DNA of 63,904 nucleotides, filler included, from Octopus bimaculoides (Eukaryota): NCBI RefSeq assembly GCF_001194135.2. It is 9 parts of 7 records of this genome, joined end to end, with 100 filler letters (N's around TTAATTAATTAA, not from the genome) between each part and the next. Parts side by side here need not be neighbours in the genome. Positions count along the whole stretch, not along the records: positions 31,964 to 43,057 come from NC_068987.1; positions 43,158 to 46,261 come from NC_068991.1; positions 46,362 to 51,363 come from NC_068987.1; 6 more parts are not named here. One strand, 5' to 3'. Positions 33,730 through 47,739 of this stretch are shown here, in pieces. The stretch's first letter is position 1; every line of letters starts with the position of its first letter. The notes under the pieces are model-generated. The model saw only the letters and a list, made by a program, of their open reading frames with translations. It was not told the origin of the DNA and did no database searches. A program made the translations under genes and the position numbers.

Positions 33730-34905
33730 CATTATCATAAGGGTAGTTGTTAAATTTCAGCAAGGATTAGTTTTATCTTCCACCTTTCTGAAGTCAATAA
33801 AATATCAGTAATATACAAGGAACCAATCAGCTCATTGTGATTTTCCTTTACAAATTTGGAACCTTGTGTCATCCATCATGGAAAACCATTATTAACCCTT
33901 TTGATACCAGCCTGCTTGAGATGATTCTTGGATCTATGATACCAACTTGTTTTAAAGTGAACTAAATTAAGATTTTCCATCAAAATTTTATAATCATTTA
34001 TATTCCAAACACCAGCTTAATAATGACAGTTATTTTCACTACATCCTTTCTTACTTTCAAAATTAATTGAAATAAGGACAGTGTATTTCAACAGAAATAC
34101 AGTAACACTAAGGCTAATAAGATGGGAGATTAGGTCAAACTAGCATTCTGGACTGTGTTTTATGGCTAAAGCTTAACAGCATGACAAATGTGACCAGGGA
34201 TTCACCCTAGCAACCTTGGAGTGGAGCATGCTCTGAATGCTCATGCCAAGGATCAAATACTATGGAAGCAACTATCTCATGTTGGTGTACATTCTGCCAC
34301 AGGCAAAGATAGGAAGAAATGATGACATAGGTTATTCCTGTATTTATATATCTATTTGTCTATTTAATGTGTTGCTTTTTATTAGAAAACCTTTTGAGAG
34401 ATTTTCTCTCCACAATGATACTATAACATTATATAGTTTAGAGGCTATGTTTGACTTTAGTTGTTGAAATCAAAAGATTAACTTTTGTTGCTGTTGTTAA
34501 TGTTGATGATCATGTTGATAATGATGCTTTTGTTTTTTTTATGAGTTACTGGAAAATAAACATTTTTCAAGTGATAAGCCCTTTTCATAAAAAAAAAAAA
34601 TGAAAGAGACACTCATTGAAAAAGCTTTCATGTATGAATTTTTCTTTTCTTTTATTTACTTTAGGTATATTTTTATTTATCTTGTCTGTTTTATTGATAT
34701 TTGAAAATATAATAAACTTTAAACAAGATATAAATTAACTGAGTTGAATACAACTGCTTTTGTTGTAGCTCTCAGCATGTGGGTTGGGCTCATATTAAAT
34801 TTCCAAAGTATGTTGAGTCACTTTATGGACTCAGCATGGAGTAAGAAGAGAAATATTTTTGTTGTCTGTCAGTCTATCAATGTATCTAACTATTTACCTA
34901 ACAAA

Positions 34906-34953
<48 letters not shown>

Positions 34954-35744
34954 NNNNNNNNNNNNNNNNNNNNNNNNNNNNNNNNNNNNNNNNNNNNNNN
35001 NNNNNNNNNNNNNNNNNNNNNNNNNNNNNNNNNNNNNNNNNNNNNNNNNNNNNNNNNNNNNNNNNNNNNNNNNNNNNNNNNNNNNNNNNNNNNNNNNNNN
35101 NNNNNNNNNNNNNNNNNNNNNNNNNNNNNNNNNNNNNNNNNNNNNNNNNNNNNNNNNNNNNNNNNNNNNNNNNNNNNNNNNNNNNNNNNNNNNNNNNNNN
35201 NNNNNNNNNNNNNNNNNNNNNNNNNNNNNNNNNNNNNNNNNNNNNNNNNNNNNNNNNNNNNNNNNNNNNNNNNNNNNNNNNNNNNNNNNNNNNNNNNNNN
35301 NNNNNNNNNNNNNNNNNNNNNNNNNNNNNNNNNNNNNNNNNNNNNNNNNNNNNNNNNNNNNNNNNNNNNNNNNNNNNNNNNNNNNNNNNNNNNNNNNNNN
35401 NNNNNNNNNNNNNNNNNNNNNNNNNNNNNNNNNNNNNNNNNNNNNNNNNNNNNNNNNNNNNNNNNNNNNNNNNNNNNNNNNNNNNNNNNNNNNNNNNNNN
35501 NNNNNNNNNNNNNNNNNNNNNNNNNNNNNNNNNNNNNNNNNNNNNNNNNNNNNNNNNNNNNNNNNNNNNNNNNNNNNNNNNNNNNNNNNNNNNNNNNNNN
35601 NNNNNNNNNNNNNNNNNNNNNNNNNNNNNNNNNNNNNNNNNNNNNNNNNNNNNNNNNNNNNNNNNNNNNNNNNNNNNNNNNNNNNNNNNNNNNNNNNNNN
35701 NNNNNNNNNNNNNNNNTAGATAGATAGATAGATAGATAGATAGA

Positions 35745-36110
35745 TTGCTGTCTTGTTTGTTGTTGGCACTCTGTCGCTTACGACATCGAGGGTTCCAGTT
35801 GATCTGATCAACGAAACAGCCTGCTCATGAAATTAACGTGCAAGTGGCTGAGCACTCCACAGACACGTGTACCCTTAATGTAGTTCTCGGGGATATTTAG
35901 CCTGACACAGTGTGACAAGGCTGACCCTTTGAATTACAGGCACAACAGAAACAAGAAGTAAGAGTGAGAGAAAGGTGTGGTGAAAGAGTACAGCAGGGTT
36001 CGCCACCATCCCCTGCCGGAGCCTCGTGGAGCTAACAGCCGGTCTGGGAATCGAAACCGTGATCCTATGACCGTGAGTCCGCTGCCCTAACCACTGGGCC
36101 ATTGCACCTC
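35745..36110 (-). mobile_element. tRNA-derived SINE family C
   Basis: Minus-strand head GGAGGTGCAATGGCCCAGTGGTTAGGGCAGCGGACTCACGGTCATAGGATCACGGTTTCGATTCCC has clear A and B boxes. The body is shared with 61855-62172. Confidence 0.8.
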
Positions 36111-36527
36111 CACACACACACATATATATATAGATACATACATGCATACATACCAACAAGCAGACAGGCAGACAACTAGATAGATAGATATAGATATAGT
36201 TATATATAGAGATACATACATGCATACCAACAGACAGACAGACAGACAGACAGATAAACAGACAGACAGACAGACAGATAGATAGATAGATAGAATTCAA
36301 CAGTCTGATACTATAGGTTTTGTGTAAATGTATTTGTAGTCATTTAATCTAATTTGGATAAGATGACAACTCCACCATTTTTAACCATCATCCATTGTTC
36401 AAACTCTGATTGAATAACTGCAAATATGTTTGCATGAAATCTATGGAATCAGACAATTGATTTCTATTAAAAAATATCATTTGTAAATCCATGGATTTCT
36501 GAGAATTGTTCAAGCAGTTTGTCACTA

Positions 36528-36583
<56 letters not shown>

Positions 36584-37013
36584 ATTTGATAAGAAATGAT
36601 CAAGAGAAGTATTTACTAAAAACAGAGACCAACAGTTTTTCACTAATCCAGTGGCCTGTTATCCTGGAGATTTTGTGATGTGAATATATAATGAATTTAA
36701 GCTTAAGTGATTTAATTGTGGGGAGTGGCTGATGTTTGAAGATATATAATTAATTGGTAATGCACATATAACATGCAAGCCTTTTCATGTCATACTTATA
36801 TATACATATATATATTCACATACACATATATACACACACAAATACATGTGCATATATATATATACTTGTGTACATAATTAACACGCATATACTTCCATCA
36901 AGAACCCATTTTATGCAAGTATTCATATATAAACACTAAAATTCATATGAGTGTATTTTCACTCATAACTCTCATACAGGCTAACATACTACAGCATACA
37001 CACACATATGCAA

Positions 37014-37245
37014 GGCAGCGAGCTGGCAGAAACGTTAGCAAACTGGGCGAAATGCTTAGCGGTGTTTCGTCTGCCATCATGTTCTGAGTTCAAATCACGC
37101 CGAGGTCGACTTTCCCTTTCATCCTTTCGTGGTCGATAAATTAAGTACCAGTTACGCACTGGGGTCGATGTAATCGACTTAATCCCTTTGTCTGTCTTTG
37201 TTTGTCCCCTCTACGTTTAGCCCCCTGTGGGCAATAAATAAATAA
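37014..37245 (+). mobile_element. tRNA-derived SINE family B, full length
   Basis: Head ggcagcgagctggcagaaacgttagc, B-box gagttcaaatc, tail ccccctgtgggcaataaataaataa. Many copies in the window. Confidence 0.9.
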
Positions 37246-40200
37246 CACAGCATACACACACATTTATATATGCATGTGTTTGTGTATGGTATGGTATAGT
37301 ATTGTGTGAGGTGGTATGGCAGTATGGCATAGAATACATTAATGTAGTTTGGGTGCAATACAGCATGTCACATTGTAGTTTGCTGTTGTTGTCATTATTT
37401 ATCTCTGGTCTTTTTTCATCAAGCAGACCCATGATCAAAGGTATTTCATCCATAGCCATTAGGTCTTTATTTATTTGGCTGTTATTCCTAGCAGGTTGAG
37501 TAACCACACAGAGTATGATAAAGTGTGATTTTGTCCTGCAAGGTATAGTACATTGTGAAGTAGCAGGTTATAGAATGTGGAAAATAAAAGATAATGTGTT
37601 AGTCTGAGTAACAGTGAGAGCATCTAGCTATAGAGAAAACTGTCTTAACAAGTTTCATCTGATGCATACCTGCATGAAAAAACAGGTGCAAAACTGAATG
37701 AATGACTGACTCTAATTTTGGGCACAAGGCCAGCAAGTTTGTTGATTGTATCAACCCCAGTACCCAACTGGTATTTATTCTATCAACATGAAAGCAATGT
37801 TGGCCTTGGCTGAATTTGAAGTCAGAACACAATGAACCAGAAAAAGAAATGCTGCTAAATATTTTGTTCAAAGTGTTAACAATTTAGCCAGCCTCTGCCT
37901 TTGAATTATTTTTTTTTAATGTAGTGGAGAGTGAATTTTATCTTTGACAGTGAGATGACAACCATAGACATATTTCAGTCTTATCAGATCTTGTCAGTAA
38001 ACTATATGTATAGTCTAACCTTTACTGTCAGGTCTGAGATGATGAGAGAAGTATAAAAGATTTTAGTGAAAGTTCACAGAATGGTGTGATGACTGAGAAG
38101 TATAACAAGGGAATACAGTTCTGCTGCTTCTTACAATTGTACAGATTGATGGCAACTGTTTGCTGTCTAGTAGACTGATAGGGCTAGAGTACTAGTGTTG
38201 GAATAAGAACTGTCAATCTCTTGATTAGTAGTCCAGCACCTATTGTTCAACTACCAATGAGTCTCCAGTTATTAATAAAGCAAGGAAGCAATTATGTGTG
38301 CAATGCCAGTCATTCCATAAAAGAACAAAGAACAGAAGAATTTATATTGGTTAACATTAAAACAAAATCTAAACAGTAAAGCTAAAAGGATTGGTGCAAC
38401 ACTCATATATTATTTTGTCTAACTACTGCATGGTGATTTCTTTATAGCTATTTGGACTAAGCTCTCATGTATTAAGTGCTTTGTTTAGTGAGGCAATGAT
38501 GTAGTTCAATACTTGTTAGAGAATATCAACCACAAAGACTGCATCTCTTCTATGTAAAGAGAATGCAAAAAAAAAAACTTGGAAACAGCAACATAAATTT
38601 CATCATTTTATTCATGCTCATCATCATCCTTTTCACATTTACTTTTCTATACTTCAATGGATCGGATGAAATTCAGTGAGATAGGTTTTCTATGGCCAGA
38701 AGCCATTTCTGTTGCCAACCCTTTCCTGTTTCCAAACAAGGTAATATTTCCCTATACTTTCACAGAAGGTTGGAAACAAATGACACTGCTTGTATGACAA
38801 CGACACTCATTTACGACCATCATGTGATGCCACAACAAGGAAACACAAAAACATCTTATGATATATATATCATCATCATTTAATGTTCCTTTTCTATACT
38901 GTCATAGGTAGGACAGTTTAATAGGGTCCTATGAGCTGCAGGGCTACATTGAGCAACAATGTCTATTTGATATGGTTTCTATGGCTCAATGTCTTTCCTG
39001 ATGCCAAACATTTTATAGAGTGTACTGGAAGCTTTTTCCATACCACTGGCACTAGTGAGGTTACTAAGTAACTTTCAAAACACACTAACTGGTGTATATA
39101 TATTAATATATTAACACACACACACACACACAAAATGGACTTTTTTCAGTTCCTAACCACTAAATCCATTGACAAGGCTTTGGTTGGCTCGGGGATACAC
39201 AGTGGGATTGAACCAGAAACCATTGGTTGTGAAGCAAACTTCATAATCACACACTCATGCTTGCACCTATATACATAGTTATAATCAGTTTGAGGATTAA
39301 CAAAGGACCAGGAGTGTAACCAATAAATGATAAACTAAAGAAATATGAGCTTGAGTTCTAACTAGTGCTCACTTTGTCTTTTTTTCTATTTATATCTCTA
39401 AGTCCACATTAAAGCATTTAAAAAATTTCCAGCTTAAATTATAAATAAATGTATTTCTTTAAAAGCAAAAGGTTAAGTTTGAGACTTTAGGAAGGCAGAA
39501 TGAAGCAGTAGGAATCAGTAATGTGAATTCTACAAAATATTTTAAATTGCCTTAGGAGAATGTATCTAACAGATGTTGCATATATACACAAGCTACAAGA
39601 GAAGAGGAGAGAAGCTAAGTGGGCCAGGTGTCTTGGGACCTATGATTCTGAGAGTACTCTACTCCCTCTGTAAGAGGCAAATGAAGGGATCTTTGGAAAA
39701 GAATTACCATTTTTATAAATTGTTTTAGTTGTTTTATTCTATTCTGTTACTTATAAGCACATCATGTACTGTAATATTACAAGTAACCTATATATACATC
39801 ATATGCATTTAGCATTGATTACAGAAAGTAATTAATGAAAAGTTTGAAACAGAACCTCTGATTCACATCTAGTTTGGACTTACGACCAGCTGTTCACAAG
39901 CCTGTGTATACATAATCATTAGTTTTGTACATGTGTCAAGGACTATTATGAATTGAAAATAAGTTACCTTCAGATTGTTTTATAGAAATGTATTCAAATT
40001 GACTCAAAGAAAATGACTGATCAGAAACCCATTTAAATTATTAAGTATAAGTAGTGGTTTCCTACAAAGTGTTCATATAACAACATATTGATTTCATCCA
40101 ATAACTTAAGGCAACACAAACTAGATAATAACAGTGGAAGAGTTTGTACCACAGCTAAAGCAGCCTTGAATTGTCAGTCAAGGATTCATGATACATGTCT

Positions 40201-40980
40201 AAAAAAAAATCAATGAAATGAAACCCTATATAATGATTTTCAGTAAAAGAAAACTTGCCTGATATACTAGAAATAATCCTTAACTTTCGTGTCCAAATTA
40301 GGTCAAACATGCATAGTAATCGAAGGGTTCTGTAAAGTTACATAGGTAGTCAAAGAAAGGTGCATTACATTGTACCTCACTTGTCACAGAAAAGTACATC
40401 TCACTGATATACTGTGTATTAACATCTTTTCACATTGCTTGCATGCATATTGATAGGCATTATCAAGTATTTTTAGTATGGCCAGGCATCTGTCATTCAA
40501 ATTTCTATTTGAGACAGCTCAAAAGAACAAACCACTCCACTACTACATTGATAATGTTTTCATCATCATCATTATCAGTTATTGTTATTGCCTTCACCAT
40601 CACCACCATAGTCATAATAATAATAATAATAATAACAATCTTTCAACATCCATCTTCCCTGCTGACATGGGTTGGATAGTTTGACTGAATCTGAGAGCAC
40701 TGAGGACTGCATTGTGCTCTAAACTCTGCTTTGGTATGGTTTCTACAGCTTGATGTCCTTCCTAGTTCCAACCACTTTAGGGTTTGTAAGCTCAGCTTGG
40801 ACCAATTAGTTTGCTTCTTTCTTCTATAAAATTAAGAAATCTGGCAATTAAAGACTAGCTAAGAAAGAAATTTACCTGCTAGTCATCCCGAGCTGACATG
40901 CTAGTGACCTCAAATATATCTGAAAGACTTTTAGAAAAACAAAGAAATCTGAAAGAGATTTCAACAAGTCATAATAAATA

Positions 40981-41373
40981 GGTGCAGGAGTGGCTGTGTG
41001 GTAAGTAGCTTGCTTAGCAACCACATGGTTCTGGGTTCAGTCCCACTGCGTGGCACCTTGGGCAAGTGTCTTCCACTATAGCCTCGGGACGACCAAAGCC
41101 TTGTGAGTGGATTTGGTAGACGGAAACTGAAAGAAGCCTGTCGTATATATGTATATATATATATATATATGTATGTGTGTTTGTGTTTGTCCCCCCACCA
41201 TCACTTGATAACCGATGCTGGTGTGTTTACGTCTCCGTAACTTAGTGGTTTGGCAAAAGAGACCGATAGAATAAGTACTAGGCTTACAAAGAATAAGTCC
41301 TAGGGTCGATTTGCTCGACTAAAGGCGGTGCTCCAGCATGGTCGCAGTCAAATGACTGAAACAAGTAAAAGAG
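40981..41373 (+). mobile_element. tRNA-derived SINE family A, full length
   Basis: A box tggctgtgtgg, B box gggttcagtcc, internal (TA)n(TG)n, tail gactgaaacaagtaaaagag. Confidence 0.92.
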
Positions 41374-42851
41374 TTCTTCACTGAAATTAACCTCAACCAA
41401 ACTTGGTACCTAAGTTATTTATCTGGGTCTAAAAGGTTAAAGATTGATATAATAACTATCAAGTTATTTCTATTTGGTAAGTTGTCAAAGAAAGCCCTTT
41501 AAAAGTTTTATATATTTCATAGCACAGAAGCAATTATGCTTTGATTCTATGAAAGTCTATAACCAAAAACTGCACATTTATTTGTGTAGAAATTTAAATC
41601 ATCATCATCTTTTTATGTCCATATTCCATGTTGGCACAGGTAAAACAGTTGACAGGATCTGACGAGTTCAAGGACTGCACTGTCTGCTTTGTCAGGGTTT
41701 TTATAACTGGATGTGCTTCTTAAAACTCCAACAACCACATAACAGAAGGTACTAGATGAGTTTATGTGGTACTACCACTAGTGAAGCCACTATGCAACCA
41801 GCAAGACTAAGATCTCCTTTGACTGAGTGGGGCTACAATTGAGAGAGAAGTGGCTTTATGCAAGGAGGTGAGGGGTTAATGTATGAGAGAAGGAACCAGA
41901 ATAAGTTTCTTGCTGTAGAGGAGCTACATGGCTACTCATATTATGGAAGAGTGTGTGGAAGCAATTGGGGTGGAGGTGGAAAGCAATAAAATAGTGGTAA
42001 TGAGACATGCAGGATGGGTTCTCAAGGTATGAAGAGAATAGAAGTGAGTGAGAATGGAGAGAACAGAGAGTGTGAGTGGGTCCAGGTTACAAAAGTGTAC
42101 AGGAGAGTGAGGGATGGTTAATGAAGAGGAGTAGGGTTAGGGTGAATATATTGATGAACAAGTATTGAGGGATGATAAGTAGGGAGGATAGGGAAGATTA
42201 CATGACAACTGTAGAAATTGGGTAGATGTAATGAATGGTGGATAAAGGGTTGAAGGTGACTAATGATTCATATAAGTTGGAGGAGGTGGAGTGTAGGAAA
42301 TGATTGACAGCATAGAAAAAGGAGTGAAGAGAAGCAAAATCATAATAGCGGTGATAGTAGATAAGGGAAAGGTGAGAGAAGACAAGAGAGAGAGAGTGGG
42401 GTGAGAATGAAGAATGGCTAACATGTGAAATGGTTCCAGGTAGTCTTTCCCTAATACTACTTTTAACCTTCTTACTTCCCAGAATCATTTCAAATAGAAC
42501 ATTATGGGGTAAAAAAAAATTTTTTTTTTTTAAACTATAAGAAAAATTTTGGAAGAGAACTTTAATAGAAGCTAGTAGTTATGCCAAATAGTTTGGTGCA
42601 GGTATGTAAGGAAATCTTAATGAGAAATTTGAATAATCTAATTTCATTGGTAAATGAAGGAACACGAGATGGAAAGAATGTGTAAACAGTGAAAGAAGTA
42701 GGTAGAACAGGAAACTAATAAGTTTAACAGTAAAAATGAAGGAAGAAAATCAAGATCTTTCTTTGTGTGTGCGTGTGTGTGTGTAATTTCATTTCCATAT
42801 TATTTCTTGCGGAAGGTAAACTTATTATCTTCTACTATGCAATATATATCA

Positions 42852-43057
42852 TCATCATCATCATCGTTTAACGTCCGCTTTCCATGCTAGCATGGGTTGG
42901 ACGATTTGACTGAGGACTGGTGAAACCGGATGGCAACACCAGGCTCCAGTCTGATTTGGCAGAGTTTCTACAGCTGGATGCCCTTCCTAACGCCAACCAC
43001 TCAGAGAGTGTAGTGGGTGCTTTTATGTGTCACCCGCACGAAAACGGCCACGCTCGA
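42852..43057. repeat. repeat family D, least-diverged copy (probably a LINE-related 3' end with (ATG)n tail, reversed)
   Basis: catcatcatcatcgtttaacgtccgctttccatgctagcatgggttggacg...ctggatgcccttcctaacgccaacc. Runs into a gap. Confidence 0.7.
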
Positions 43058-43280
43058 NNNNNNNNNNNNNNNNNNNNNNNNNNNNNNNNNNNNNNNNNNN
43101 NTTAATTAATTAANNNNNNNNNNNNNNNNNNNNNNNNNNNNNNNNNNNNNNNNNNNNCTTCTTCTTCTTCTTCTTCTTCTTCTTCTTCTTCTTCTTCTTC
43201 TTCTTCTTCTTCTTCTTCTTCTTCTTCTCTCTCCTTATGATGCCCCCCATCTCATCGTTTATATCCCTGTGCCTAATAAG

Positions 43281-43440
<160 letters not shown>

Positions 43441-43639
43441 CGAGGCCTGCTTCTGAGCATGCTTTTCCAAGTAGGAGGAAAGTAACTGGAAGAGGACATT
43501 TCCGATGCCTTGGAGACGCTTGACTAATCTGGGACATTTTTCTGAGGGTTTTCCCAAATTATCCTAGGTGGATTACCCCACTTTTGGTGATTTCAATTAT
43601 TGATTAATTAAAAAATTTCATATTTATATCCTCTTTTAT

Positions 43640-44034
43640 ATTTCAAGTGGTACTAGCTTCATCCTTTTGGATTCTGACACAAAGGGATGAAACCCAGGTC
43701 TCATCTCCTGTGACTATTCTCTCCCCACCTCTACCCGCCAAAGCGCTGCGCCTTCATAGTTGTAAGAGTCGATAGCTCTCCACAAGAATGCGCTTATGCA
43801 CTTCGGTAAGCGTCACGAAAGCCACGTCACAAAAGCGAAAATTGTCGTGGATGATTTCATATGTAGAACCAGAATAAATTCGCAGAGAGTAAGCAATCCC
43901 ATCGATGGTCACTTGTCGGTTCGCCCGAACCATCTCTCGTGCTTATTGAATCTTCACACGAGCGCTGAAGGCAGTGCGGCCAACCTAAGAATGATTTGGT
44001 CGAAAGTTCGGATAATTATTGGCTTCCCCTCGTG
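43640..44034 (-). mobile_element. mariner transposon deletion derivative
   Basis: Minus strand encodes MVRANRQVTIDGIAYSL...STYEIIHD and RIVTGDETWV (first catalytic D). TIR-like cacgaggggaagccaataattatcc ends at 44034. Confidence 0.8.
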
Positions 44035-44720
44035 TGTTTGTGCGTTTTGTTAGTTTGCTTGTTTATGTGTGTAACTGTGAATGCATACATACGTGCACAC
44101 ACACACACACACATAATACACACACAGGCACACACACATAATACACACACACACACAACACACACACACACATATATATATATTTATACATTCACACACA
44201 CATACGGACATACTCTCATATGCATGTATGCAGGTATATACATCTAAATGTTTGTATTTATCTCCCAACATGGCAACCGGTGTTGGTTTGCTCACGTCCC
44301 TGTTACATAGCGGTTCGGCAAAAGTCTCTGAAAGAATGAGCACAATACTTGAAAGAACCTGAGTCAATTTGTTCGGTTAACTCTGCAAAGTAATGCCCCA
44401 ACATTGCACCAGTCAAATGAATAAAATTAGCAATAAAGATATGAAATATAACATTCCATAACATAATTTATTCATATAAATTTTGAATTTACATAATGAA
44501 TACATAATTTATACAGAAACCTAATTTATTCATTTCAAATAAGATATATAATGAATATTCATAAAAGCGGAGGCATCTGCTCTTTTGTAAGTATTCGGAC
44601 AATGAATTCGGGTCGAGGATACTTTTCTCCCATCATTCTTCCCACGTTCTCAGAGGTCTTGATATAGATGCTGTTTTATATTCTGACTAATGGATAAAAA
44701 GATGTATATATACTCTTTTA

Positions 44721-45115
44721 ATCTTTTACTTGTTTCAGTATTTTGACTGTGGCCATGCTGGAGCACCGCCTTTAATCGAGCAATTCGACCCCAGGACTCA
44801 CTCTCTGGAAGCCCAGCACCTATTCCATCGGTCTCTTTTGCCGAACCGCCAAGTTACGGGGACATAAACACACCAGCATCGATTGTCAAGCGATGCTGGG
44901 GGGACAAACACAGACACACAAACACATACACACATACATATATATATATATACATATATACGACGGGCTTCTTTTAGTTTCCGTCCACCAAATCCACTCA
45001 CAAGGCTTTGGTCGGCCCGAGGCTATAGTAGAAGACACTTGCCCAGGATGCCACGCAGTGGGACCGAACCCGGGATCATGTGGTCGGCAAGCAAGCCACT
45101 CACCACACAGCCACA
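44721..45115 (-). mobile_element. SINE family A, full length
   Basis: Reverse complement of 40981-41373 over its whole length. Confidence 0.9.
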
Positions 45116-45404
45116 TTTTTTTCAGGATTAATAAAAAGATAACAAACGGAAAATATGACATGCCTGTATATCTTTATATATATGTATAATTCAAAGATCG
45201 TGTAGTAAATAAACATACGAACATATACTAAATACACAGACGAACAGCAAAGACAGAAGGTCCCCAACTCCTCTTCTTAACTCTCTGACAGATAACTGAA
45301 GAGAAGTTGGTGAACCTTTGTGTGTGTTTTCTGTTCATCTCTGTATTTAGTATATGTTCGCATGTTTATTTACTACACGATGTCTGAATTATATATATAT
45401 ATCT

Positions 45405-45459
<55 letters not shown>

Positions 45460-45767
45460 TANNNNNNNNNNNNNNNNNNNNNNNNNNNNNNNNNNNNNNN
45501 NNNNNNNNNNNNNNNNNNNNNNNNNNNNNNNNNNNNNNNNNNNNNNNNNNNNNNNNNNNNNNNNNNNNNNNNNNNNNNNNNNNNNNNNNNNNNNNNNNNN
45601 NNNNNNNNNNNNNNNNNNNNNNNNNNNNNNNNNNNNNNNNNNNNNNNNNNNNNNNNNNNNNNNNNNNNNNNNNNNNNNNNNNNNNNNNNATGTCATATTT
45701 TCCGTTTGTTGTCTTTTTATTTAATCCTGAAAATATTATATATAGAATGTATGCTCATTAATTTTTG

Positions 45768-45817
<50 letters not shown>

Positions 45818-46361
45818 GACATGTGTATGTGTGTGTATGTGTATGTGTGTGTATGTGTATGTGTGTATATGTATATATATATATACATGTGTGTGCATTA
45901 TTTATCTAATATATGCTCTCATTAATTTTTTACGCACATATATATATGTACATATATATATGTACATATATACATGTGTGTGTGTGCGTCTGTGTGTGTC
46001 TGTGTGTGTCTGTGTGTCTGTGTGTGTCTGTGTGTATTCAATAGATGAGATTCGGAGATTCTCAGTATAGAAAATCACTTAACAGCGCTCAAATGATTCG
46101 AACTTAGACTCCGATTCCTTTACGAGGGACCAAGTCTGCGGGGTAATAAGGAGTGATTATAAGAGGAATCAAGGTGACCAGATATGGAGAGAATTACGCG
46201 GATAAACAAATCAAATATACACATATTTTATTTGTTTATCCGTATAGTTACTTATACACACNNNNNNNNNNNNNNNNNNNNNNNNNNNNNNNNNNNNNNN
46301 NNNNNTTAATTAATTAANNNNNNNNNNNNNNNNNNNNNNNNNNNNNNNNNNNNNNNNNNNN

Positions 46362-46394
<33 letters not shown>

Positions 46395-46914
46395 ATCTAT
46401 GTTTATGTATGTATGTATATATGTGTGTGTGTGTGCAGGAGTGGCTGTGTCATAAGCAGCTTGGTTAACAATCACATTGTTTCGTGTTCAGTTGCACTGC
46501 GTGGCACCTTGGGCTAATGTTTTCTACTATAGCCTTGTGGATGAATATATATATATTGTACGACTCTATTTCTGTCTCTCAACCCCTTCACACGTATTCG
46601 TTCATTCTACTGTTCGTTCTTTAGTTCTCCCCTTCTCAAACCACGTCCAAATTTATATGATGTATTGCATACGATGCATGCTTATCATCAATATATACAT
46701 TGATAAGTATGCATGTGTTTGGCTGTGTATGCTTTTTTGTATGCATGATAAGTAAATAATATATAAAGGAATTCATTTCCAACTTGTTTATTTTAATGTA
46801 CACCTAAGATTAAAATAAATTATAAGTTTATATAACTTTGTATTTTCGCGTACTATAAAACAATAACATGTATGTTTTTCAATGTGAAATTATATCTGTA
46901 AATTCGGAATAGTT

Positions 46915-46947
<33 letters not shown>

Positions 46948-47739
46948 NNNNNNNNNNNNNNNNNNNNNNNNNNNNNNNNNNNNNNNNNNNNNNNNNNNNN
47001 NNNNNNNNNNNNNNNNNNNNNNNNNNNNNNNNNNNNNNNNNNNNNNNNNNNNNNNNNNNNNNNNNNNNNNNNNNNNNNNNNNNNNNNNNNNNNNNNNNNN
47101 NNNNNNNNNNNNNNNNNNNNNNNNNNNNNNNNNNNNNNNNNNNNNNNNNNNNNNNNNNNNNNNNNNNNNNNNNNNNNNNNNNNNNNNNNNNNNNNNNNNN
47201 NNNNNNNNNNNNNNNNNNNNNNNNNNNNNNNNNNNNNNNNNNNNNNNNNNNNNNNNNNNNNNNNNNNNNNNNNNNNNNNNNNNNNNNNNNNNNNNNNNNN
47301 NNNNNNNNNNNNNNNNNNNNNNNNNNNNNNNNNNNNNNNNNNNNNNNNNNNNNNNNNNNNNNNNNNNNNNNNNNNNNNNNNNNNNNNNNNNNNNNNNNNN
47401 NNNNNNNNNNNNNNNNNNNNNNNNNNNNNNNNNNNNNNNNNNNNNNNNNNNNNNNNNNNNNNNNNNNNNNNNNNNNNNNNNNNNNNNNNNNNNNNNNNNN
47501 NNNNNNNNNNNNNNNNNNNNNNNNNNNNNNNNNNNNNNNNNNNNNNNNNNNNNNNNNNNNNNNNNNNNNNNNNNNNNNNNNNNNNNNNNNNNNNNNNNNN
47601 NNNNNNNNNNNNNNNNNNNNNNNNNNNNNNNNNNNNNNNNNNNNNNNNNNNNNNNNNNNNNNNNNNNNNNNNGTATTTTTTAAATTTATTTATTTATTCA
47701 TGGGTTTCAGCGAAGTGGCTGTGGTCATGCTGGAGCACC

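Noticed and set aside
42000-42490. Purine-rich stretch with a Ser/His/Leu-rich antisense ORF, possibly a Penelope N-terminus
   Set aside because: No diagnostic motif could be identified; left uncalled pending a profile search.
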